NCBI RefSeq assembly: GCF_021028975.2
Contig: NC_059427.1
Span: 16,988,001 to 17,052,000 of the forward strand
Source of the DNA: Sphaerodactylus townsendi
Taxonomy: Eukaryota
DNA: 64,000 nt
Direction: 5' to 3'
Shown here: positions 1-11,302 of the stretch, piece after piece
Position numbering within the stretch: the first letter of the stretch is position 1
Layout: each line of letters opens with the position of its first letter
Program-made: the position numbers and the translations under genes
Notes under the pieces: model-generated
What the model saw: only the letters and a program-made list of their open reading frames with translations
Databases searched by the model: none
Told to the model about the DNA's origin: nothing

Positions 1-325
1 AACAGAGGAGAGCAATGAGAATGATCAGAGGCCTGAAGACCAAACCCTGTAAGGAACTTGGGGATGTTTAGTCTGGAGAAGCGAAGCTTGAGGGGAACAT
101 GACTGCTTTTTAAAAGTATTTGAAGAGCAGCCACTTAGAGGAGGGCAGGGGGCTGTTGGCTACAGAGGATTGGACTCCCTACAATGGCTTTTAAGTACGG
201 GCAGAAAGGTTCTAACTGGATACTAGAATGTTTTTTTACAGCAAGAGTCATGCAACAATGGAATCAGCCACCTAGGGAGATGGTGAGCTCCCCCTCACTG
301 GCAGTCGTCAAGCAGTGGCCAGACA
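1..325 (+). mobile_element. Old CR1 LINE 3' fragment
   Basis: Degenerate QRRA.RMI.GL..LG.FSLEKR RT C-terminal motif. Confidence 0.65.
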
Positions 326-339
326 AACATGCTCTAAGC

Positions 340-485
340 CCGTGGTGGCGAACCTTTGGCACTCCAGATGTTATGGACTACAATTCCCATCAGCCCCTTC
401 CAGGATGGCCAATTGGCCGTGCTGGAAGGGGCTGATGGGAATTGTAGTCCATAACATCTGGAGTGCCAAAGGTTCGCCACCACTG
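340..485. mobile_element. Palindromic 146-bp hAT MITE
   Basis: Near-perfect palindrome, TSD ctctaagc. Further copies at 59289-59434 and (degraded) ~5818-5968. Confidence 0.9.
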
Positions 486-585
486 CTCTAAGCTGATTCA
501 GCAATATCAAACACCATATAGTCTGCCTGTTTAAGGTTCCACGGGCTTCCACCTTTATATACTTCCCACACAAAATCATCCGCAC

Positions 586-714
586 CTTTTCTGCTGGCTC
601 TTTGCACATCTGTACACATCACAGGCCAAAGAGTTTGTAGCTGGTCTGCTTTTTCATCCCGTACAGTATTTAGCCAAGGTGTCTTTTCTCTCTTCAGTTC
701 CAGGGCCAGTGTTT
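586..714 (-). CDS. TRIM-A exon 6 (long linker)
   Basis: tttcag|(E)TLALELKREK...DVQRASRK|GTGCGG; 129 nt, phase 1-1, parallels TRIM-B exon 6. Confidence 0.6.
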
Positions 715-1202
715 CTGAAAAAGAGGTCGGACGCCTCTATTTTCACTATTATTATTGTTATCGCTGTTTTTAAGGTTTTAATAATTTATATTTATATTTT
801 ATGTTGTACACCGCCCAGAGCCCTTTGGGGATGGGGCGGTATAAAAGTTTAAACAATAAACAAACAAACAAACAAATAAAAAAGAGTGATGATATTGTGT
901 CATTTTTGCACATTATGGCTACTTCCACACAGCAATGGTTCCCCTTTGAGTGCTACAGTGAACATACAGGTTACAGGAATGCAGCGTGGCAATGGAGAGT
1001 CCTCTACATGTTTTCAACAATTCTCAACCTGTGTAGAGCCCAGACAGGCTGGAAATTACCTCCTTTCTCTCACCCACCCCTTGGCCCCAACTGAGAGCTG
1101 GGAGTTTTATACTTACTTTGACTTTCCATTGAGTACTTACCTGACAGGAACATACCTTCTCCTGTAGTCACAGAAATGTGCTTTACTAGACTTATTCCAT
1201 AC

Positions 1203-1315
1203 CTTTGAATTTCTGGATAGTTTCCATTAGAGCCACATTCTTCTGAGCGATAGCATTGAGCTTCCCCAGAGAAGGAAACTTTTTTAAAGGCTCACAACAC
1301 TTTCTTTTTTCACAC
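1203..1315 (-). CDS. TRIM-A exon 5
   Basis: cctag|(R)CEKRKCCEPLKKFPSLGKLNAIAQKNVALMETIQKFK|GTATGG; 113 nt, phase 2-1. Confidence 0.8.
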
Positions 1316-1674
1316 CTAGGTGAGAACAAACCCTTCAGGTCAATCAGTGCTGAACAGCATTTGCTCAGTCTCCAATATCCAAAAAATATAGGGCCTTGAC
1401 ACCCAAGAAGCATAAGGGAAATGCAGGTAATTCTTATGGCAAACAGTATCTACCTGGACATTTTGCTGCACCACTAACTTTGGTGAAATTTCAAACATTC
1501 AAGCATCAGTACCTTCGACATGGCGAGAAGTAGAATTGGTCTGTGGAAGGACACACAGCCAGCATCACCAAATGATGTCCTCTGTATGCTGGGTAGTGTA
1601 AATGCACATCGAGGCAGTTCAGCAGAAATCTGCTTATTTAATTTACTTCATTTAACCCCATTTAACCCCAAAAA

Positions 1675-2252
1675 AAGTGCAGAGAAGGGAAACAAGGATG
1701 ATTGAGGGACTGGAGCACCTTCCCTATGAGGACAGGCTGCAGCGTTTGGGACTCTTTAATTTGGAGAGGAGATGGCTGAGGGGGGATATGATTGAAGTCT
1801 ATAAAATTATGCATGGGCTAGAAAATGTTGACAGAGAGAAATTTTTCTCTCTTTCTCACAATACTAGAACCAGGGGGCATTCATTGAAAATGCTGGGGGA
1901 AGAATTAGGACTAATAAAAGGAAACACTTCTTCACGCAACATGTGATTGGTGTTTGGAATATGCTGCCACAGGAGGTGGTGATGGCCACTAACCTGGATA
2001 GCTTTAAAAGGGGCTTGGACAGATTTATGGAGGAGAAGTCGATCTATGGCTACCAATCTTGATCCTCTTTGATCTGAGATTGCAAATGCCTTAACAGACC
2101 AGGTGCTCGGGAGCAACAGCCGCAGAAGGCCATTGCTTTCACATCCTGCATGTGAGCTCCCAAAGGCACCTGGTGGGCCACTGTGAGTAGCACAGAGCTG
2201 GACTAGATGGACTCTGGTCTGATCCAGCTGGCTTGTTCTTATGTTCTTATGT
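1675..2252 (+). mobile_element. Young CR1 LINE, 5'-truncated
   Basis: CR1 RT C-terminus (LFNLERRWLRGDMIEVYKIMHG) and (TTCTTATG)n tail. Confidence 0.9.
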
Positions 2253-2746
2253 TTAATGGGGACCCAATGTGACTTACACTGTTTTCCTTTCCTCCATTTT
2301 AACCTCACGAGAACCACGATAGGTTAGGTTGACAGTCTGTGACTGGCCCAAAAGTTAAGTCCCCTGGCGGAGGAGGAACTCAAACCAAAGTCTTCCAAAT
2401 CTCAATCTGATGCTCTAACCACTATGCACGTAGGCTCTCAGGAACCTATGACCCTCTAGCCTTTATGAGAATAGTAAGCATCTCAGTTGAATTGTGAGAA
2501 CCTCTGATGCACTGCAGTCAACTCTGCTCACACATGAAATCCCTTGAACAGTGATGAGTGCATGCACTCTCAAAGTTTGAATTCAGTGTCTGCCAAGTGA
2601 AAGATGTCGCCATGGCGCTGGATATCCGAACCAAGCCTTAAAGAGAGCACTGGGGATTAATCTCTTTCAGTGATCAGCACTTTTTTCTAGCGGCAGAATT
2701 CTGCCAAACCAGTGCCTTGGATTCTTCCAAGCTGCTCCCCCTCTTC

Positions 2747-2887
2747 GGCTCATTCCGCACATGCAGAATAATGCACTTTCAAACTGCTTTCAATGCTCTT
2801 TGAAGCTGTGCGGAATGGCAAAATCCACTTGCAAACAGTTGTGAAAGTGGTTTGAAAATGCATTATTTTGCGTGTGCGGAACGGGCC
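2747..2887. mobile_element. PIF/Harbinger-like 141-bp MITE (family of 7 copies)
   Basis: TIR ggc(t/c)c(a/c)ttccgcaca with 3-bp TSD. Other copies: 10126-10276, 18290-18430, 21169-21309, 25402-25542, 26626-26766, 54167-54307. Confidence 0.85.
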
Positions 2888-2971
2888 TTCCTCTTCTGAA
2901 GGTAACTTATCCAAGATAACTTATCAGCATTCAGTGGATTTGTTATCTGTGGCTAAGGAAGCAGAAGGGAA

Positions 2972-3318
2972 AGAACATAAGAACATAAGAACTAGCCTGC
3001 TGGATCAGACCAGAGTCCATCTAGTCCAGCATTCTGCTACTCGCAGTGGCCCACCAGGTGCCTTTGGGAGCTCACATGCAGGATGTGAAAGCAATGGCCT
3101 TCTGCTGCTGCTGCTGCTCCTGAGCACCTGGTCTGCTAAGGCATTTGCAATCTGAGATCAAGGAGGATCAAGATTGGTAGCCATAGATTGACTTCTCCAT
3201 AAATCTGTCCAAGCCCTTTTTAAAGCTATCCAGGTTAGTGGCCATCACCACCTCCTGTGGCAGCATATTCCAAACACCAAATCACGTTGCGTGAAGAAGT
3301 GTTTCCTTTTATTAGTCC
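2972..3318 (-). mobile_element. Young CR1 3' fragment
   Basis: Reverse complement of the same 3' end. Confidence 0.88.
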
Positions 3319-3424
3319 AAAAGATTTTTGTGTTTGGTTGGAGTGGGTTTGGCTTTGTATTTAAATTCTTATTATTTTGCATAGTGCACACTTTGCAATC
3401 AATGAAAGAACAAGAAAGCACCTA

Positions 3425-3447
3425 CTGGTTAAAGATCTGTTGACATC
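3425..3447 (-). CDS. TRIM-A exon 4 (23 nt, DVNRSLTR)
   Basis: ctctag|GATGTCAACAGATCTTTAACCAG|taggtg. Canonical 23-nt size; the donor appears to lack one G. Confidence 0.65.
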
Positions 3448-5310
3448 CTAGAGAGATAAAGGGAGAAAAGCTTTGTATTATTACATTATGAGCGTGACAG
3501 CAAATAGTGCAACAAGATTTATGGATGATATATTTCTTCACAGAAACAATTCAGGGGTTCGTACTTTTCCAGAAAAGTGTCTCTGCACCTGGCACAGCTT
3601 CACCTAAGATGATGATTAACAGGCCCTCTCCCAAGACATTTTGAAGAAAGGAAAGGGACGGCAGTTTTCTCCTCTCTTTTACTTTTGACTGTGGAATGCC
3701 ACCTTTCATTGCCGGAATTGAAAGCAAACATTTCGTGGTTGAGTGCCTATCAGAAAGAACCTGCAGGGGAACTCTATGATAAATGCGCAGTGGAGTGGGG
3801 GGACAATTTGGATATCCTCACCCTCCAATCTCTACCTTTTGTTGCAGTGTTCAAGGCAGGATTTGAACAAGGGATTTTGTGCAGTGTTCAAGGCAGGGTT
3901 TGAACAGACAGAGTTTCCTCTCTACCCCCACTTTTCCAGCAACTGTCAAGCATTCCTTGCTTGCTGGAAAGGGGTTACCAATTCTGGGCTGAGAAAACTG
4001 TTGGAGATTTGTAGGGATATCCTGAGAAGGGAGAGAGTTTGGGAAGAGAGACAAACCTCACAAACGGTGAATAACAGAAGACCAAATGGAGCATCTCTTA
4101 AGAGAAACTAGAAGTTATATTCTTTGCTCATTATTCCTGAAAGCAAGAATCAAAGTGTATTGTTGTTTTTTATTTTTAATATTGTTGTTAAAGAGACTGG
4201 ACCAAGCTAAGTTAAAATGATAGGAGTTTTAATGCTGGGAAGCTTTACAAATAATAGTAAAGGAATACCTGGTCATACTACTGTTCCTCTTAGTTGATAT
4301 GTATCCTAGTGTAACAGTTAACTCTAAAATTATATACGATTTAATCAAATGTCTAAGGAGCTTGAGGAGAAATTATTGGCAAACTTTAAAGCAACTTGAA
4401 TTTGAATTTGTCTTCATTCTCATTTTTTGATTATGTTGTCCTTTCTTTATCATTCTCCTTGTTTGCTCAGACAACTCATATAGTTTCAATTTTAGTTTCT
4501 ATACCAGGATTCTTTTTAATATATTAATATATGTAAAATTGTACATTGCTTTATTGTTGGAAGCCACCCTGAGCCTCCCAAATTGATTGGGAATAAGGAG
4601 GATATGTCAAAGTCAAATAAATAAATAAATAAAGTTACAGAATATTACTACTATTCAGATCCATTTCAGTCAATAATACATATATGTATTTTTTTTTTCT
4701 TTTGTTAAATTTATGAAAAAATTAAGAAACATGTATTGAGAACCAAAGAAGCGTGGATGAGCATTCTTTCAGGAGAATCAATCTCTGCTGCATGGAAACT
4801 TCAGCTGTAATTCCAGGAAGGATCTTCGGAGGCTCTACCTGAAGGTTGGCAACTCTAGCAGGAACTGACACTCCAAGAAAAGGAGAATTCACAGACCACA
4901 AATGCTATAATCCGCCACTATCGGAGATATTTATTAGAAAAACTGCTACATGAGAACTTGAATGAAGAAGCTGCAAAGACTGTAAAATATTATACAGGGT
5001 ACGATTGTGCACTGTATATTGTGCAATTGTTGGAGATTTGGAAAGGGACAGTGGTATTCGAGTATAATAGGTAAAAGAAGCACTTTTAGTAATAGGTGAT
5101 ACCAAGAACTGGTATATTTAAAATAGTAGCTGATGACAAGGCATTTGTGGTATTTGTCAATAATCATATGGAGGTAGAAAGCCACAAAAGACAAAATCTA
5201 CTTCCCACAAAATGACAAATGTTGTTGGGCGCTATGTAACAACCACAAATTAAAAAAGCAGTTGCTGAAGAAGAAAAACTTAGAAGATGACATCAACTGG
5301 AAATCCTCAC

Positions 5311-5556
5311 CTGCAGAAATTCACTGGCAGGTGGCATGACAATCCCTCTCTAAATCTCCAATAAAGGTCATCAAGATAGAGAGGAAATGTAAGAGAGTTG
5401 GTGTATCATTTTCCTTCTGCGCCATCTTCACCTACCTCTTCTAGGTTGCTTCCAGCTGAGCTAGCAAGAAGGCTTTCCTGCCTGAGAAAGAGGCGTGAGT
5501 TTTCTGGAACCTTCCCGCAAAACGCAATGATACTGCCTTTCAATCTTAATCTCTTC
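5311..5556 (-). pseudogene. TRIM-A exon 3 (coiled-coil), frameshifted
   Basis: ttccag|EEIKIERQ ... PASEFLQ|GTGAGG. 246 nt vs 231 in the paralogues; in-frame stop; homologous peptides are split across frames. Confidence 0.75.
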
Positions 5557-5979
5557 CTGGAAGTCAAATAAAGAACAAGAGCAAGGGGAAAAGAAACCCA
5601 GCAAGTCAAGGCGAGAGATTTTATAAAACAAGATTCAGGCCCCTTTCCTTGCATTAGGGACACCTACTGGTAGTGTGGTTTCCTTATTATTTCTGCAGGT
5701 AGACAGTGCAGCACAATTGCAAGAGAGTTTCCACATGTTATGTTAAGTTTCTGTGGCTTCGTTTCTCCCTGCACTATTTGCCACAGCAACAATCCCTATG
5801 CTCTCTATAAGTTTCTAGTGGTGGCCGAGAACCTTTGGCACTCAGATGTTTATGGACTACAATCTCCCATCAGCCCCTAAGCAATTGGCACAAATGCTGG
5901 CAGGGGCTGATGGAATCTGCAATCAGAAACTTTGTCTGGAGTGCCAAAGGTCTCACCTAATACCACTGACCTCCTAGAG

Positions 5980-6189
5980 CAGCGATTCTCAACCTGTGGG
6001 TCACAACCCCTTTTGGGGGTTGAGCGACCCTTTCACAGGGGTCACCTAAGATCATCGGAAAACACATATTTCCGATGGTGTTAGGAACTGAGACACCGCT
6101 CCTCTATCGGTCTCCAGGCGGTTGGAGGTCACCACAACAGGAGGAACTGTATTAAAGGGTCACAGCATTAGGAAGATTGAGAACCACTG
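5980..6189. mobile_element. SPIN-like hAT MITE
   Basis: cagcgattctcaacctgtggg...gaggaactgtattaaagggtc..ttgagaaccactg; TSD ~ctctagag. Confidence 0.8.
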
Positions 6190-6284
6190 CTCTAGAGGGA
6201 GGAGGTTTGGGGGGTTTTTTTGAAGGGTACTTGACTTATCATTGCACTGCTACATTTATGTCCTTTTGACAATGTCCCATGCTA

Positions 6285-6445
6285 TTCCAATCTTGTCAGA
6301 TCTCAGAAGCTAAGCTGGGTCAGCCCTGGTTGCTACCTGGATGGGAGAGCACCAAGGAAATCCTGGGGCTGCATGCAGAGGCACACACCTCTTAAGTTGA
6401 AAAACCCACAGGATCACCAAACAGCAGCTGCGACTTGATGGCACT
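6285..6445 (+). mobile_element. 5S rRNA-derived SINE, degenerate
   Basis: atcttgtcagatctcagaagctaagctgggtcagccctggttgctacctggatgggag. Confidence 0.7.
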
Positions 6446-7882
6446 TCCTGTCTTAAGTCCTCTCCCTTGCCCCAGTTATTATTGTTTCAATGGGTCACAC
6501 ATGTCACCCATTTGTAAAAAGGTAAGGTTCTTTCCCCACATATCCTGGGATAATTTGGGACTTGTAACTTGCCAGGTGGGTGCAGGACATACATACCAAA
6601 TATTTTGCAGTACCGTTCTGCAGGGTCACTTTATCATTTTGGGCAGTCTGTTTTTCTGTTTTCAGATCCTGTAGCTGCACATAAATTTCATTCTGAGCAA
6701 AAAGAACAAAATTTTTTACAGTCATCAAGAGCAACTTCCACCCAGGCGAACGGGCTAATCAAGGGGGCCATACCGTCTGGCACAGGAGCTTTGAGATATA
6801 GTCATTACTCATACCACCCCAGCGGACCCCAACAATCCTGTTCCTTGTAGGGTAGAAAATGCCAAAGTACACAAAACTTAATTTCTACAGAACAGTACCT
6901 ATAGCAAGTGCTCAATTATATGGGAGCAGAAGAACAGAAGTTTGGCTTTATAGCCCTCCTTTCTCTCCTTTAAGGAGTCTCAAAGTGGCTTACAAACTCC
7001 CTCTCTTCTCCCCACAACAGACACTTTGTGATGTAGGTGGGGTTGAGAGAGTTTGGAGAGAACTGTGACTGGTCCAAGGTCACCCAGCAGGTGGAGGAGT
7101 GGGGAATCAAACTCGGTTCTCCAGATTAGAGTCCGCCGCTCTTAACCACTACACCACACTGGCTTCCCCAATTTATTTTTAATTTTAAAGCACCATCAGC
7201 AGACAACAGTTTTGAACACAGAAGCATGCCAAAGAAGAGGATGGAGTTTGAGCCTTTACTTCTTGTGACATTTATTCAATCTTAATCAAACACATACACT
7301 CACACTAGGAGAAGAGAGATACGGAATCCCCCTCATGGGACAAACAGAAGGCTGGGGCAGAGCAACAGGGGCCAGGTAAACAGAGCAGGGCAAAGGTGAT
7401 CAACTTGGAACTATCTACAACTGCTGCTGGAAGTAAATTAAATTCAGAAAAAAACAGTAAATAGATCCACTCACAAGCCTCCTGTGTGACATGACGTTTG
7501 ATCCTACAATAAGCTACCTGAATAAATTTTTAAACAGCAAAGCCAAATCCACCACAACCAGTTGAATCCAGCTATGATTCTTCCTTCATATAACCCTGCA
7601 AGGTAAGCTAGGTTTAGACTAGAAAACCTGTGAGGTTCATGCTGAGTGGGGGATTTGTCCCCTTTGACATTCTCACAATTGTTTTCACGCATTTGCCAAT
7701 GGAAGCATCTCTGACAGCAATTTTGACATCAGGAATGAATGGGCCAGTGAAGAAGATGAAGAGAAGAGTTTGGATGTATACCCTGCCTTTCTCTACTGTA
7801 AGGAATCTCAAAGTGGCTTACGAATGGCTTTCCCCTCTCCTCCTTATAATAGACACTGAGAAAACTGTGACTATACTCTGTT

Positions 7883-8068
7883 CAGGATAAAGATGACAGG
7901 ACATTTGTGAATTCATTCACCATTTCCTAGACCATCTTTGTTTTAGAATGGGTCCAAATGCTTGGGAACAGAACTAGGCAGGCACCTGGACCCAAGAGGA
8001 GCATTCTAGAACAAAGATGGTCCAGGGAATGGCAGATTAATTCACAAATGCCCTGTCATCTTTATCCT
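7883..8068. mobile_element. Palindromic MITE inserted in a SINE
   Basis: Long inverted arms caggataaagatgacagg..cctgtcatctttatcctg. Confidence 0.7.
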
Positions 8069-8582
8069 GATAGCCCAAGGTCACCCCAATAGGCTTCATG
8101 TGCAGGAGAGGGGGAACAAATTCAGTTTACCAGATTACAGTCCACTGCACATGAGGCGTGGGGAATCAAACCTGGTTCTCCAGATTAGAGTCCACCATTC
8201 TTAACCACCTCACCATGCTGGCTCTTTCATTGCAAATGCCTTAACAGTCCAGGTGCCGTGGAGCACAGCCAAGGTAGCTGGCCATTGCTTCTACATCCCC
8301 ATGAAGGAACTCCCAGGCACTGGTGGGCCACTATGAGAAAGAGCTGGACTAGATGGACTCTGGTCTGATCCAGCTGGCTTGTTCTTATGTTCTTATGTTC
8401 AGGATAATGAAAGCATTTTCTTCCAGGCCAGACTGCCCAGGGATCCTGAAAGCATTTCGCATTCCTAAGGGCATAGGATCACTGGGGAGGGGAGGGTGGG
8501 GGAAGCTGTGAATTGCTCAGGGGGTTGGACTAGATGACCCTTGGGATCCCTTCCGGCCCTATGTTTCTTCGTTTCTTCTTAC

Positions 8583-9008
8583 CTTATATTCCCGGGCTGC
8601 CTCCTCCAGAGGAAGAACCGTGTGAGCCCTGTGCTGTCTGGATTTGTCACAGACCAAGCAGAGGAAGGCGCGATCCTCCTTACAGAAGACTTTTAGAGGC
8701 TCTTGGTGTTCCTCACACATCCTCTCCGCCCTGGATCCAGGAACCAAGTCCGGAAGACTCAGCCATCTCACCAGCTGTGCCCCCTTCCTTCCAGTAGTCG
8801 CCCCGCGGCTACAGCTGCTGCTGCTCCTCCTCTTCGGAGGACTTTCCATCCCCCGTGGGAGGCCGACCAGGTTTTCCTCCGGCTCTCCCATCTTCCGAGC
8901 AGCACAAGCTGGCCAAACCTGAGCGCAGCCCCTGTTTGGAGACACCGGACTTTCTGCAGTGCTCCAGGCAGAACAAGGATCTTCGCCTTTTGCAGAGCCG
9001 CTGGCCAA
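8583..9008 (-). CDS. TRIM-A exon 1: B-box2 preceded by a RING-like segment lacking most Zn ligands
   Basis: CEEHQEPLKVFCKEDRAFLCLVCDKSRQHRAHTVLPLEEAAREYK then GTAAGA donor. The start position reads TTG; the first in-frame ATG is at MGEPEENL. Confidence 0.75.
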
Positions 9009-9049
9009 GGCTGCCCAGCAAGCCCCCCCCCCTCCCCCCGAGAAGTTAA

Positions 9050-9062
9050 AGTTTCGCTTTCC
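9050..9062 (-). promoter_or_regulatory. ISRE/IRF element upstream of TRIM-A
   Basis: AGTTTCGCTTTCC matches AGTTTCNNTTTC; CCAAT box (gattggctga) at 9114-9123. Confidence 0.7.
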
Positions 9063-9296
9063 TACGCAGCCTGGAACAGGAAACTGGGTAATATTTTTGT
9101 TCTCTTGTGTTCTGATTGGCTGAAATGAAAAAGGCTCTGCCTGCCTGCTTGGGTTGGCAAATCTTTTTTTTCCCCCTTTTCCAGCCGGCTTTCTTTAACA
9201 GAAGATTGAAGTTGCAGACATTGGCAGGAGATGAGGTTGAACTCCTCCTCCTCTCCTTCCAGCTCTAAACCACCTGGGCGTAATCCAGGGCCATGG

Positions 9297-9988
9297 TGTT
9301 ACCACGCTGCCCTTGGTAACTTTTACTAACTCCGAAGTGCCCAGCTCTCGGCAGCGCCCAGGAACCCAAGCAAGACCCGACACGGCGAGTATAATAAACA
9401 AAGAAGGTTTATTGAGATGCTAACCTAAGTGTCAGCACCTCAGTTCCACCCAGCCACTGCACTGCCTAGCAGTCTTACAACATCTTAAATACACTTCCTC
9501 CCGTCGGGAGCCCGGGAGAACCCAAGACAGCCCACCTTCACCAGCTAGCCACATTAACAAAAAATCTAAAACAACCAATCATGCATTTTGCAACATGCAG
9601 GAATCCAATCAGAGATTCTGATGGGTGCTGTCCCCTTCTTGGATTTCTGTGCCGGTAGAATATTAGGGACAGAAAGGCGATGACGTATGCCCTGGCGGGA
9701 GAATCACAAAGGGTCCTTCAGGTGTTTGGGGTCAGGAAATGGAGCTTGATGACGAGCTTGATGACGCTGGCCCCTTATCTGCCTACTGATGGGATTAGGC
9801 AGGGCGAGGCGCTTCTTCTCCTTTTGTTCGCACCCATCAGGACCCTTTACACGTGAAAAGGGTGGGCTCAGGTGGAGCCGGGATGTGTCCCTGCCTTGAG
9901 CCAAGGAAGTTCCATGCAGTCAAAAATACAGAGAAACTTATAAATCCTGCTTTCCTACCTAATACAGTCGGCTTCTATCTAACTAACA
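9297..9988 (-). mobile_element. Probable solo LTR upstream of TRIM-A
   Basis: TGTTA...TAACA ends, minus-strand TATTTAA (9485-9491) and AATAAA (9408-9413), CCAAT motifs. No clean TSD. Confidence 0.55.
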
Positions 9989-10682
9989 TAGCAATAAAAC
10001 ATAGTTGAATCTTCAATTCAAAATCCAGAAGTGGGATAAATTCGCCTTTGGCTCCGCTATCATTGGGTCAGCTGGCAACCCTGCCTCCACCCCTCCCAAG
10101 AGTTACCCCCCCCACACTAATCTAAGGCCCCTTCCACACATGCAGAATAATCCACCTTCAATCCACTTTCACAACTGTTTGCAAGTGGATTTTGCTATTC
10201 CGCACAGTAAAATCCAGCTGCAAGATGCATTGAAAATGGATTGCAAATGCATTATCCTGCATGTGAGGAAGGGGCCTAAATGTGACTTCCCCCCCGAATA
10301 AACGTGCATAGGATCGAACGGGTTGCACAACTGCAATACTTCCAAGTAGACACACTCAGGACTGGGCTGTCAAAGAACAGTCCTAGGCTAGGCACACTTT
10401 GCTTGAGAAAAAAATCTCTGTGAGTATAACAGGACTTCTCAGTAAACATACTAAGGTACAAGTTGTTGGGAGAATGTACACCTCACTAAAACATTTTAAT
10501 TTTTTTCCCCCTTTCAGTCTCTTAGGAAAAAAGTACAAGGCATGAATAACTCTCACAGTCCCTCCTATTTCACCTTTGCCTGTCGTGGAGATGTGAGGCA
10601 GTTCTGAATGGCATAGGAGTATTGCCATGTGGTGCAGTGGTTACAGTGGTGGGCTAGGATCGCAGAGCCCGAGGTCTATACT

Positions 10683-11302
10683 TCGTAGTGGGATCCAAAA
10701 TTTTTAATACCGTGTTTCCCCGAAAATAAGACAGTGTCTTATATTAATTTTTGCTCCCAAAGATGCGCTATGTCTTATTTTCAGGGGATGTCTTATTTTT
10801 CTGTATTCTGTTCGTCGGGCATGCTTCCAAGCAAAAACTTTGCAAGGCCTACTTTCGGGGGATGCCTTATATTTTGCACTTCAGCAAAACCTCTATGTCT
10901 TATTTTCCGGGGATGTCTTATATTCGGGGAAACAGGGTAACAGGTTCCCACGGTGGTGGGATTCAAACTGTGGCGTAGCGCCAGCGGAGCTGGGCGGGGC
11001 ACGACGGGGGTGTGGCCGGGCATTCCGGGGCGGGGCATTCCTGGGTGGGGCTGTGGCAAGGACACAGCCGCTGCGCCAGTCCTTGGGAGGAAACGAATGC
11101 ACGCAGGCGCAGGCTGTCACGCACGCCGCTGTACCTCCTGCTAGACTGCTTCAAGTTCTGCGCGCTACTGCTGAGAGGAGGGGCGTAACTAAGGCAAAAA
11201 TCACGTGGCAAAATCACCAATTAGTTCCCCCCTCTCGGCACACACAAACAGTTAGTAACCTACTCTTGGGAACCTGTGAGAACCTGCTGGATCCCACCTC
11301 TG
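10683..11302. mobile_element. hAT element (cagtggtgggatcc family) carrying a nested Tc1/mariner-type MITE
   Basis: TSD tctatact; nested element at 10710-10937 with TA duplication. Confidence 0.85.

Larger units (their letters stand above)
586..9008 (-). pseudogene. TRIM-A: RING-decayed TRIM (B-box, coiled-coil); pseudogene or error-corrupted gene; PRY-SPRY exon expected left of the window
   Basis: Exons: 9008-8583 (degenerate RING + intact B-box), 5556-5311 (coiled-coil, multiple frameshifts), 3447-3425 (DVNRSLTR, donor lacks a G), 1315-1203, 714-586. Order and phases match TRIM-B/C/D. Exon 2 is not cleanly identifiable. Confidence 0.7.

Noticed and set aside
488-714. TRIM-A ending in a novel 75-codon C-terminus without SPRY
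   Set aside because: A phase-1 donor at 585 matches the TRIM-B exon 6 end; the SPRY exon probably lies left of the window.
6742-6843. Candidate TRIM-A exon 2 (tacaag|GAACAG...)
   Set aside because: Plausible acceptor and position, but no 96-nt open exon and no clear similarity; too corrupted to call.
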